Source: a virus (lineage: Duplodnaviria > Caudoviricetes). From it: a stretch of 63,789 nucleotides of DNA. The position numbers were made by a program, and so were the translations under genes. Positions within the stretch are counted from its first letter, which is position 1, and the number at the start of each line of letters is the position of its first letter. The DNA lies in IMG/VR virus record IMGVR_UViG_3300043395_000803, positions 1 through 63,789 of that record; one strand, written 5' to 3'. This document shows, piece by piece, positions 57,025 to 63,789 of this stretch. A model generated the notes under the pieces. The model was not told the origin of the DNA, ran no database searches, and saw nothing but the letters and a program-made list of their open reading frames with translations.

Positions 57025-57444
57025 TTAATTGGAAGACCGGATCAAGGCACTGTTGGCGTCGTTGACCGGCATAACGATGGTGAAGGTGGCCGTCGAGGTC
57101 TTGTCTGACCCGAAGTCCAACACGGCGATGGAACGGTTGGCTTTACTGGAGTTGTAGATCAGGGCACACCGTGCTGTAAACACACCGGGGTTCCACTCCA
57201 CATTGTCGAAGTCCACGAAAGCCGTGTACCCAGAACTGCTGATGGTCGTGCCGGTCAGCGTCTTGCCGCCCGCCGAATATCCAGTCCCCGTGATCTCTGC
57301 CGTCGTGTTGTAGGCCGTGGTCTCTTCGTTTAGATCAGCGTTGCCGTTGTACAAAGCAATCTTCAGGACATCCGTCGTCAGATCATGGATGCCCTGGTAC
57401 AACTCCTTCTTAAAGGAGGTGGTCTGCGTTTGAACGATTGGCAT
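57025..57444 (-). CDS. Virion structural protein
   Basis: SFKKEL..G.HD...KIALY...GTGYSAGG...ALIYN...VLDFGSDK. Confidence 0.8.
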   Translation of the reverse strand: MPIVQTQTTSFKKELYQGIHDLTTDVLKIALYNGNADLNEETTAYNTTAEITGTGYSAGGKTLTGTTISSSGYTAFVDFDNVEWNPGVFTARCALIYNSSKANRSIAVLDFGSDKTSTATFTIVMPVNDANSALIRSSN

Positions 57445-58109
57445 CAGCCCACCTTCACCCTAACCTGCCCGTTCCTGTAGGCGTCTTGACGGTTCTTGCC
57501 ATCGCCCAGTTGCTTCAACAGGATCAGAGACTGTGCGAACTGCTGCTCGTACATGGTAACCACATCGGGCTCTTCCTTCATAAACCGAGCGGCTTCGACC
57601 ATCACGCCGTTAAACAGCACAGAGTCAAAGTTGTCGCCAAGCCACGAAGTGCCGCTAGGATTAAGTACCGTATCTGCAATTGAAACCGGGTAGTAGAAGT
57701 AGTGCAACTCCACCGACAGACTGGCGCTAGGGGTCGGCCCAACAATAAACGTCAACTCATTCGCATCATCTGATCGGGGGCCGAAGATGGCGTAGTACCG
57801 AGGAGTGCCGGTGCTCGTGGGCGTGGGATACGCCTGACGGATGAAGTTCACGTCCTTATCAAGCAAATACTCATACGACCCATCCGCCAGGATAACCGCC
57901 ATCGAAAAGACGGACAGGAAATCTGATGGGCACTGAAGGTACTTGTTGTTGGCCGTGAGCGTGCCAGTGACGTTCTTGCGAAGTGCAGGCAGTTGGACGG
58001 TGTTGTAGATTTTTTGTTCAGCCAACTTCGTCATAGTGGCGAAGTCAGTCGCGGAGAACGAGTTCTCCGTGTAATCTTCAACGTTGGTCTTTAACTGCGT
58101 GTAGTTCAC
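57444..58109 (-). CDS. Head-tail adaptor / neck protein
   Basis: MNYTQLK..V.DYTE...AE..I...P.DFL...G.PRYY...GPTP. Confidence 0.78.
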   Translation of the reverse strand: MNYTQLKTNVEDYTENSFSATDFATMTKLAEQKIYNTVQLPALRKNVTGTLTANNKYLQCPSDFLSVFSMAVILADGSYEYLLDKDVNFIRQAYPTPTSTGTPRYYAIFGPRSDDANELTFIVGPTPSASLSVELHYFYYPVSIADTVLNPSGTSWLGDNFDSVLFNGVMVEAARFMKEEPDVVTMYEQQFAQSLILLKQLGDGKNRQDAYRNGQVRVKVG

Positions 58110-58366
58110 GCCATCGGCCCCCGAGCCATCACACCCTTGGTTGCTGCCCCCGTACCACGAATCTTGATACCCGAGGTCTTGGGTTCAGGGTCATACCCGT
58201 CGCGGGTGATATTGCCCACGGACATGTTTACACGGTTGGCAGCAGTGGGCTCTTTCTGAGTCCCGTTGCCCAGGGCAACCTTGCCGCCCTTCATCGTGTG
58301 GGGCTCGGCATAGACGGAGGCATCCCCGACTTCCTTGCCGCCCATCTTTTTGCTGAACTTAGCCAT
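58106..58366 (-). CDS. Small basic virion protein
   Basis: MAKFSKK...GIKIRGTGAATKG.MARGPMA. Confidence 0.7.
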   Translation of the reverse strand: MAKFSKKMGGKEVGDASVYAEPHTMKGGKVALGNGTQKEPTAANRVNMSVGNITRDGYDPEPKTSGIKIRGTGAATKGVMARGPMA

Positions 58367-58367
58367 A

Positions 58368-58544
58368 TCAGCCACCCTTCTTGTAGGTGAACGAAGACTT
58401 CTTCTGGTTGGCAACCTTTGCCAGACCGCGACCGAGTTCGCGCATCTGCTGATTGGTTTTGCCACCCTTGGCGAGTTTCGTCATGGGTTTGCCCGGGTGC
58501 ATGTGCTTCTCATGCGCGTGAACAGCCTTCTTTGCGTCCATCAT
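58368..58544 (-). CDS. Small basic protein (58 aa, not in ORF track)
   Basis: AGGAG RBS; MMDAKKAVHAHEKHMHPGKPMTKLAKGGKT...GRGLAKVANQK. Confidence 0.7.
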   Translation of the reverse strand: MMDAKKAVHAHEKHMHPGKPMTKLAKGGKTNQQMRELGRGLAKVANQKKSSFTYKKGG

Positions 58545-58550
58545 TTGCTC

Positions 58551-58967
58551 CTACGTCACCGTGATTGATACTGTACCAACAGAGGTCGTTGCCACCAAGT
58601 AGTTTGGTGTCAGGCCCGCATCATTTGCTCTTGCTCCGCCAACCGGACTCCAGCCCCACTGAATATCCCGGGAACCCCCAGTTGGAAATCCCTGCTCTGG
58701 GTTTGCGATATTGATCTCCAGACTGTTTGTTCCGGCGGTCTTGTACGTCGAATCACGGCGCGGGTTACGGACTGCCTGCGGATCATCCACCGGGTACATG
58801 CCCAGTTGCAACTGCGGATGATCTGGGTCCCAACATTCCTCGCAGACAAGCAGATTGAAACGCTTGGTCTTGATGACCTCTTCCTTCAGGCGCTTCAATT
58901 TAAACTGGGCGCCGCATCGATCACACATGGCAATCGACCGCTTGCCAGAAGCAAACCGATTACCCAT
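58551..58967 (-). CDS. Zn-ribbon neck-region protein
   Basis: ASGK...CDRCG...VCEECWDPDHPQL...NPR. Confidence 0.75.
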   Translation of the reverse strand: MGNRFASGKRSIAMCDRCGAQFKLKRLKEEVIKTKRFNLLVCEECWDPDHPQLQLGMYPVDDPQAVRNPRRDSTYKTAGTNSLEINIANPEQGFPTGGSRDIQWGWSPVGGARANDAGLTPNYLVATTSVGTVSITVT

Positions 58968-59424
58968 TTGCGACCTCCAGATACACCTTCTGAGCCTTGC
59001 GGATGTCGCGCAGGGCAATCATTACCTGCTCGCGCTTGGCTCGCACATCCTCTGGGATCGGGTTGTTTCCGCAGAAACGGGTGCCGACGTGCGGGAATTC
59101 CAAGGCGATGCGAACCTGTTCTGCCTTGACCACGGTGTACGGCTGAATAGCCCGCAGGAAGGCATGAGCCTCCACGCTGCTTGCCTTCCACCGCCACACC
59201 AATGCAGCCCCACGCTTGCGCTCATAGGAGTCTGAGGTGGCAGTCTTATCCGGCGTGACATTGCCGCCAAACCGCTGTTTAAGCAGGTGCAGTGCGGTCG
59301 GGTCTTGTTGAGTCACGGATGTAAACAGGCTATGAAACTTGCCGTTGTTCCGTGGATTGACCAACACGCAGCCCTCTCCATCGAAGAAGCCTGCTGCCCA
59401 CGCCAGGAAGATTTTGTCTTCCAT
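58960..59424 (-). CDS. Free-standing single-motif LAGLIDADG homing endonuclease
   Basis: LAWAAGFFDGEGCV...Q.D...L...FGG.V...W...FL..I.PY...K; overlaps both neighbours. Confidence 0.85.
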   Translation of the reverse strand: MEDKIFLAWAAGFFDGEGCVLVNPRNNGKFHSLFTSVTQQDPTALHLLKQRFGGNVTPDKTATSDSYERKRGAALVWRWKASSVEAHAFLRAIQPYTVVKAEQVRIALEFPHVGTRFCGNNPIPEDVRAKREQVMIALRDIRKAQKVYLEVANG

Positions 59425-60356
59425 TACGTAGTCGCTCCACCAATGAACTGTTGACGCGGCACAAACCGGATTGCAGCCTTTTCCCGGTCCTCGTCTGCTG
59501 CCAACTGCCATGCCTCTTCGTACTGAGACTTCAGGATGGGCAGGCGGTCGTAGGCATCAGGAATCTTCATGCCCATGTAGTAGGACAAGCCTGCCACCAT
59601 GCATGGGATGAACCGGAACGGGACATCTGCCACGTCCACACCCTGACCGGCATCCTGCGTCCGGCGCAGTCTCCAGTACACCAGGGTGTAGGTGGTCGAG
59701 TTGTCCGGCACCGGCCAGACTGTCACACAGGGAACCTGCGCCCAGTAGACCGTACTACCCAGAACATGGATTGCTGCCGTCGTCCCTTGCTGGCCCCGGA
59801 AGCAGTTGTACAGCGTATTGCCTGTGATGTACCCGTAGACGATGATTTCGTTGTCGATCTTGATGAACCCTTGGGCGGGCAGACCGGCAGTCGAAGACAG
59901 CGTAATCGTGGTTTCCGTGGCAGAAATCTGAGCAGGTAGCGTTGCCCCAATTGGGGAGATCATCCCGTTGTTGCGCTGCACCAGAATCTGAATCGGGCGC
60001 GAAGTGGTCAACTTGTTCGGGATCGTCGCGTAAGTGCTGATGCTAATCCGAGTGATGTTTAAATCAGCCTGATTGCTGCTGCTGTTGGCCTGCGTGCGAA
60101 TCTGATGCTCAAGCAGGTCCACCGTGTCGTTGGGCAGGGCATACGTCATCTGGTTGTAGACCAGGGTGATCGTCCCCTGCTCCATCGTCCACATGTTGAT
60201 GCCACGGTTTGCCCAGTCGGCAAAGAGCAGGTTCAGACTGCGACGGGCAGTCCGAAGATCGTAGCCCGTGCGAAGTTCTGAGCCACAACGCTCAAAGGCT
60301 TCTTCCACGACCTCAGAGAGATCGAGGTTGAATACAGCGGTGCCTGAAGTTGTCAT
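59424..60356 (-). CDS. Head-tail connector / tail tubular protein A-like
   Basis: MTTSGT..FNLD...EEAFER.G...GYD..TARRSLNL...WANRG.N.W; DVPFRFIPC..AGL.YY. Confidence 0.8.
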   Translation of the reverse strand: MTTSGTAVFNLDLSEVVEEAFERCGSELRTGYDLRTARRSLNLLFADWANRGINMWTMEQGTITLVYNQMTYALPNDTVDLLEHQIRTQANSSSNQADLNITRISISTYATIPNKLTTSRPIQILVQRNNGMISPIGATLPAQISATETTITLSSTAGLPAQGFIKIDNEIIVYGYITGNTLYNCFRGQQGTTAAIHVLGSTVYWAQVPCVTVWPVPDNSTTYTLVYWRLRRTQDAGQGVDVADVPFRFIPCMVAGLSYYMGMKIPDAYDRLPILKSQYEEAWQLAADEDREKAAIRFVPRQQFIGGATT

Positions 60357-60357
60357 G

Positions 60358-60531
60358 TCACTTCATCTTTTTCAGCGTCTGGGCCAAACGAGCACGCTGT
60401 CCCATCTTGCCCGGAGCCTTGGCTGCTTTAGCCAACTTCTTGGCGGGGATGGTTTGACCTTCCTTGACACCAAGAGCAGAGCGCAGGGCTCCAGGCTTTT
60501 TGATGGCTTTCTGAATCCACTTCTCAGCCAT
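60358..60531 (-). CDS. Small Lys-rich protein (57 aa, not in ORF track)
   Basis: MAEKWIQKAIKKPGALRSALGV...IPAKKL...RARLAQTLKKMK. Confidence 0.75.
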   Translation of the reverse strand: MAEKWIQKAIKKPGALRSALGVKEGQTIPAKKLAKAAKAPGKMGQRARLAQTLKKMK

Positions 60532-60533
60532 GA

Positions 60534-60782
60534 TTACTTCCTTGCGGTTTTTGCCGACTGAACAAATGCTTCATCCGTTGGAGCGCCTTTTGAACCCGGC
60601 TTACGCATGCGTTCACCAGACCCTTCAGCGATGCGCTTACGCTTTGCATGAATGTTGGCATACAGACCTACCTTCCCGCCTTCGGCATATTCCGTGAAAT
60701 CCGTGTTGTCACGGCGCTTCTTGACGACCCCTTTGGGCATCTTGGCGGGGTTGATACAACCCATTCCACGACTGGCTCTCAT
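60534..60782 (-). CDS. Small basic protein
   Basis: MRASRGMG.I...YAEGG..GLYANIHAKRKRI..GSGE.MRK.G.KGAPT. Confidence 0.75.
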   Translation of the reverse strand: MRASRGMGCINPAKMPKGVVKKRRDNTDFTEYAEGGKVGLYANIHAKRKRIAEGSGERMRKPGSKGAPTDEAFVQSAKTARK

Positions 60783-61189
60783 ACCATCTTCCCGCGAGTC
60801 TTGCCTTTTGTGACACAACCATCAGCACGAGAAGATGCTGATCCGCCTTTGGCATATCGCCCTTCAGGAACTGTTCCACGAGTCTCGCGCTTAATTTCCG
60901 CAGCAGCCTCGCGTTGTGCAGCCTGTGCTTTTTTAGCAGCCGACGGGCTATAAGGCGGAGCCTTCTTGCCGGGCTTCATGTCTTTTGCACCTTCTGCGGC
61001 CTTGTTGTATGCGGCTAAAGCAGCACGTCCAGAAGGCGTGTAATCCTCATAGCCAAAATACTCTGGCCGTTTGCGGTAGGCAATAAGTTCCTCTGCCTCT
61101 GCAACATCTTTAGGCTTACCCTCATCCGGCATTGGGGGCTCACCCATTTCGGCGCGGTAAACGCCGCCTTTGGCATATTTGCTCTTCAT
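60779..61189 (-). CDS. Small basic protein
   Basis: YAKGG twice; SRADGC..KGKTRG. Confidence 0.7.
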   Translation of the reverse strand: MKSKYAKGGVYRAEMGEPPMPDEGKPKDVAEAEELIAYRKRPEYFGYEDYTPSGRAALAAYNKAAEGAKDMKPGKKAPPYSPSAAKKAQAAQREAAAEIKRETRGTVPEGRYAKGGSASSRADGCVTKGKTRGKMV

Positions 61190-61190
61190 T

Positions 61191-61628
61191 TCAGCACTTC
61201 CCGCCCATAGCCATCTTCACTTGCATGCCACGGGTCTTGCCACGCTGGGCGCAACCATCAGCCTGCTTGTGACCAGCGGCCAAACCGCCTGCGGCCATCT
61301 TGACTTCCATGCCGCGAGTCTTGCCCTTCTTGGCAATACCGTCGGCTTGCTTGTGACCGGCAGACAGGCCACCACGAGCCATGCCCTTCATCTCACCCAT
61401 CTCATGCTTGATCATGGACCTGGGAGCGCCCTTCTTCTTCATAAAAGCGATCTCTTTGCCAACCATCTTCTTAGATTCCATTTCGCCACCTCCGGCAAAT
61501 TTGCGGCCCTTATCGGCCTGGATGAACTCTTCCCCCACGGATTGAGGGACGCCTACTTTCTTGGCGAACTTGGGGTTGTTAGCCACCGCCGCCATGAATC
61601 TGTGCTGCTTTCCGCTTGTGCTTGGCAT
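61191..61628 (-). CDS. Small basic protein with internal repeat
   Basis: MPSTS.KQ..FMAAVA.NPKFAKKVG; duplicated MA.GGL.AGHKQADG.A..GKTRG unit. Confidence 0.75.
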   Translation of the reverse strand: MPSTSGKQHRFMAAVANNPKFAKKVGVPQSVGEEFIQADKGRKFAGGGEMESKKMVGKEIAFMKKKGAPRSMIKHEMGEMKGMARGGLSAGHKQADGIAKKGKTRGMEVKMAAGGLAAGHKQADGCAQRGKTRGMQVKMAMGGKC

Positions 61629-61629
61629 C

Positions 61630-61884
61630 TCAACAGTTCCACGCCCGCAAGGATTTGTTAATCCTCGAATTCGGATCGTTTGCGGTCTTTTCGCTCGTCA
61701 ACTTCTTTTTCATGCCCTTCATACGGGCGCAAAAAGAGTCGCGGCGTGGACCGCCCTCCGGTTGAGGGGGTTTCAGTCCCGGCTTCCCTGGATTCGCGGC
61801 GTTGTAGGAGGCTCGCCCCTTGGCGTTCAAGCCGCCCTTGGGGTTCTTCCCTTCCTTGCGTTGCCATGCCGGGGTCTTAGCCAT
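61630..61884 (-). CDS. Small basic protein (DUF6321-like)
   Basis: AWQRKEGK.P.GGLN.KGR...RR.SFCARM.G...SR.NKSL..W.C. Confidence 0.75.
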   Translation of the reverse strand: MAKTPAWQRKEGKNPKGGLNAKGRASYNAANPGKPGLKPPQPEGGPRRDSFCARMKGMKKKLTSEKTANDPNSRINKSLRAWNC

Positions 61885-62158
61885 AGAACACCACTGCCGT
61901 TGTAGCGGTGCCAGATACGGTTACATGAAGGTTGGTCGAGCAGAGTACGCCCTCTCCGGGGAACGTCATGGCAAACGGAGTACCGCTTGCAAGCGTCGTG
62001 GTGGAGAAAACCGTTGTTCCGCTTGCCCCGCCGTCACGAATAACAACCGTGCCCGTAGCAGAACCGGGCGTAACAAACACACCCTTGCAACGGGTACGGT
62101 CGTTAAACACCGTGGCCGTGGCAGAAACATACCCGGCTTTAACGTCGGTTTGCATCAT
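61877..62158 (-). CDS. Small beta-rich virion protein
   Basis: MQTDVKA...PGEGVL...VFYG. Confidence 0.7.
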   Translation of the reverse strand: MMQTDVKAGYVSATATVFNDRTRCKGVFVTPGSATGTVVIRDGGASGTTVFSTTTLASGTPFAMTFPGEGVLCSTNLHVTVSGTATTAVVFYG

Positions 62159-62173
62159 GGTGATGCGCTCCTA

Positions 62174-62506
62174 TTAAGAGGCCGTGGTGATGGCGATCCA
62201 AGCAGCAGAACCGCGCACATAGATGCGGTCGTTGGTGGTGGTGCCGTCGGTACGCAGGTACAGCGAACCTTGAGCAGCCGTCACGGTCGGAGCGCCAGAA
62301 CCCACGAAGATGCCCAGGTTGGCCGTGGAAGAAATCTGGATTGCCGACATGCCGCCCGCAGCAGGAGCCGTGCCGCTATCAGCGGTCAGGTTACCCGTGG
62401 CAGAGACAGAAGTTGCGGTGACCGTAGTTGCGGTGACAGCGCCAGTAAGAGCACCAACAAAACCATTGGTCGAAGTTACCGGGCCGGAGAAGGTAGTGGA
62501 AGCCAT
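62174..62506 (-). CDS. Head fibre / minor virion protein
   Basis: MASTTFSGPVTSTNGF N-terminus; GSGAP...GSLYLRTDG C-terminus. Confidence 0.75.
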   Translation of the reverse strand: MASTTFSGPVTSTNGFVGALTGAVTATTVTATSVSATGNLTADSGTAPAAGGMSAIQISSTANLGIFVGSGAPTVTAAQGSLYLRTDGTTTNDRIYVRGSAAWIAITTAS

Positions 62507-62511
62507 GCTTC

Positions 62512-62590
62512 AATTCCTCAAATTGCGCTTGCTGTCTGTGAGGTCAGTCCGCCAAGCCGGTCAGCAAGCAGTTGGTGATCTTGGGACTGG
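62512..62590 (-). ncRNA. Structured (pseudoknotted) 5' leader candidate
   Basis: CAGTCC-CAAG/CTTG-GC-GGACTG, GCTTGCTG/CAGCAAGC and CCTCA/TGAGG (SD) helices, interleaved. Confidence 0.55.
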
Positions 62591-62594
62591 TGTG

Positions 62595-62624
62595 TTTATA
62601 CACCGGGGGTCGGGTTGGGGTCAA
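62595..62624 (-). promoter_or_regulatory. Promoter within the 3' end of the HNH gene
   Basis: TTGACC-18-TATAAA; predicted start coincides with the structured leader. Confidence 0.55.
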
Positions 62625-63204
62625 CGAGTTTGTTGGACTTCTTGAGGTTCTCCATCTGGGTAATCACCCGTAGATTCCATGGCACGTGCAGTCCGCAAAC
62701 CTCTGGGCTAATCAAAGGGACAATGTGATCCACAACGTACCGCTCCCCCGTTACCTGCGTTAGCCTAACCGCTTGGACATACAACTGCCGCATGGTGGCA
62801 CGTTCTTCCTTGGTTATCCATGGAGGAGTGGCGTTTCTATGCCGCCGCTTACGTACGTTGTTTAACGTGTTGTAGTACTCTGGGTTGGTGCGCTTGTGCT
62901 TACTCTTGTATTGACGTTTCTCTTGATCGGGGCGGGCGTTAGCACGGGCAACCACCACCTCCTTGTTGCGTTCGTAATACTCCCGCTTGGCCTTCTGTCC
63001 GGCCTCCGACTGGTTGTACTGGCGGAAGTACTCTGCACGGGTTTGGTTGCCCTTCTCCCACTCCACCTTCAGGCATCCCACGCAGGCTCCCTTGGTTTTG
63101 CGTGGGGCAATGTGCCCGTGCTTGCAGGGCTCCCCAGTGAAGTAGTACTTGGCCCCCGTGGCCTTGGCTTCGGCGCGGGTCTTGGGTAGGTTGGTGATGT
63201 CCAT
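62596..63204 (-). CDS. HNH homing endonuclease
   Basis: YFTG.PCKHGH N-terminus; ATPPW; VDHIVPL....VCGLHVPWNLRVI...N..KSN. Confidence 0.88.
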   Translation of the reverse strand: MDITNLPKTRAEAKATGAKYYFTGEPCKHGHIAPRKTKGACVGCLKVEWEKGNQTRAEYFRQYNQSEAGQKAKREYYERNKEVVVARANARPDQEKRQYKSKHKRTNPEYYNTLNNVRKRRHRNATPPWITKEERATMRQLYVQAVRLTQVTGERYVVDHIVPLISPEVCGLHVPWNLRVITQMENLKKSNKLVDPNPTPGV

Positions 63205-63241
63205 GTGGGCTCCTGATATACGATACGGGTAATCATAGCCC

Positions 63242-63270
63242 AAAGAAAAGGGGGGCGCAAGCCCCCCTTC
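63242..63270 (-). terminator. Rho-independent terminator after the capsid gene
   Basis: AAGGGGGGC-TTGC-GCCCCCCTT-TTCTTT; also contains the -35 of TTGCGC-17-TATGAT. Confidence 0.85.
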
Positions 63271-63287
63271 TCAACACCGTTTCGGTA

Positions 63288-63789
63288 TCAGGCTCCGGGG
63301 GAACCGAAGATACCGAGCGGATCAGAAACGCCAAACGAGTAGCGTTCACGAGCCTTGTAACGGGCGTTGCCGGTATCGAAGTCTCCGTCCATGGAAGTAC
63401 TCATGGGAGTACGGATGAAGTGCTTCAGACCGTTGGGCACGTCCGTGGTCAGGAACCAAGCGTTGGTGTCCGTCAACCAGTGGTTGATCGTGTAACCCTC
63501 GGGGATCGAGCCGTTGTTCTTCAGCGCGTTGATGTCGTTGTCGGCGGTCGCCACGCGGAGTTCGGTCTCCAACAGACGGGTCGCAACGAATTGCAGTGAA
63601 GGCGGAACAATCAGTTTCCGAGGCTTGGCAGCGATCAGCAGACCACGTTCGTCCGTCCACGCTGCGATTTGAATCACGGCGTTTTCAAGGGACGTTTCGT
63701 TGAGGTCAGCACCCACGGTCGGGCGGTTGCTGTTGGTGCCACCAGAGATCAGCGGATGCGCCGTCGAGAACAGGCTCACACCGTCGCCG
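63288..63789 (-). CDS. Major capsid protein, C-terminal part
   Basis: LFSTAHP...DERG...LIVPP.L...WFL.TD...GDFDTGN.RYKARERYSFG. Confidence 0.93.
   Translation of the reverse strand, partial: GDGVSLFSTAHPLISGGTNSNRPTVGADLNETSLENAVIQIAAWTDERGLLIAAKPRKLIVPPSLQFVATRLLETELRVATADNDINALKNNGSIPEGYTINHWLTDTNAWFLTTDVPNGLKHFIRTPMSTSMDGDFDTGNARYKARERYSFGVSDPLGIFGSPGA
63461..63789. repeat. Terminal overlap, copy 2 (matches 1-329)
   Basis: Direct repeat of the window start. Confidence 0.95.

Noticed and set aside
63461-63789. Physical direct terminal repeat
   Set aside because: Falls mid-capsid gene and restores the ORF when merged; better explained as a circular assembly overlap

Overview
The window is a complete, circularly permuted genome (~63,460 bp) of a tailed dsDNA phage. 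Bases 1-329 recur at 63461-63789 with 5 synonymous differences, and the join splits the major capsid gene. The head and neck genes resemble the HTVC010P/uvMED-like podovirus lineage; a GC-rich, probably proteobacterial aquatic host is an inference. Layout: minus-strand head/packaging module (capsid, decoration, scaffold, GroES, portal, TerL, LexA-like HTH, TerS); plus-strand early small genes; primase/SF2 helicase/ParB-like replication genes; PAPS-reductase-like, RusA, exonuclease, Sak and SSB genes; then a long minus-strand late region with a 3091-aa polyvalent virion protein, internal/tail proteins, lysis genes, a tail fibre with S74 chaperone, neck proteins and small basic proteins. Five free-standing homing endonucleases are present. 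I found no integrase, tRNA, CRISPR or reverse transcriptase. Best candidate for a new system: a prolyl-hydroxylase-like 2OG-Fe(II) oxygenase and a GT60 (Gnt1/Gnt2-like) GlcNAc-transferase, translationally coupled between portal and GroES, together with a virion-region protein carrying ~60 mucin-like (PTVT) repeats. This suggests phage-encoded, eukaryote-style protein hydroxylation/O-glycosylation. Also notable: a 26-bp palindrome present three times, a DnaA-box/palindrome/G-quadruplex cluster at terS, a c4-like RNA, a pseudoknotted leader hiding an RBS, and a shared A-x-GG motif in many late proteins. All product calls come from motif recognition only; no database searches were run.
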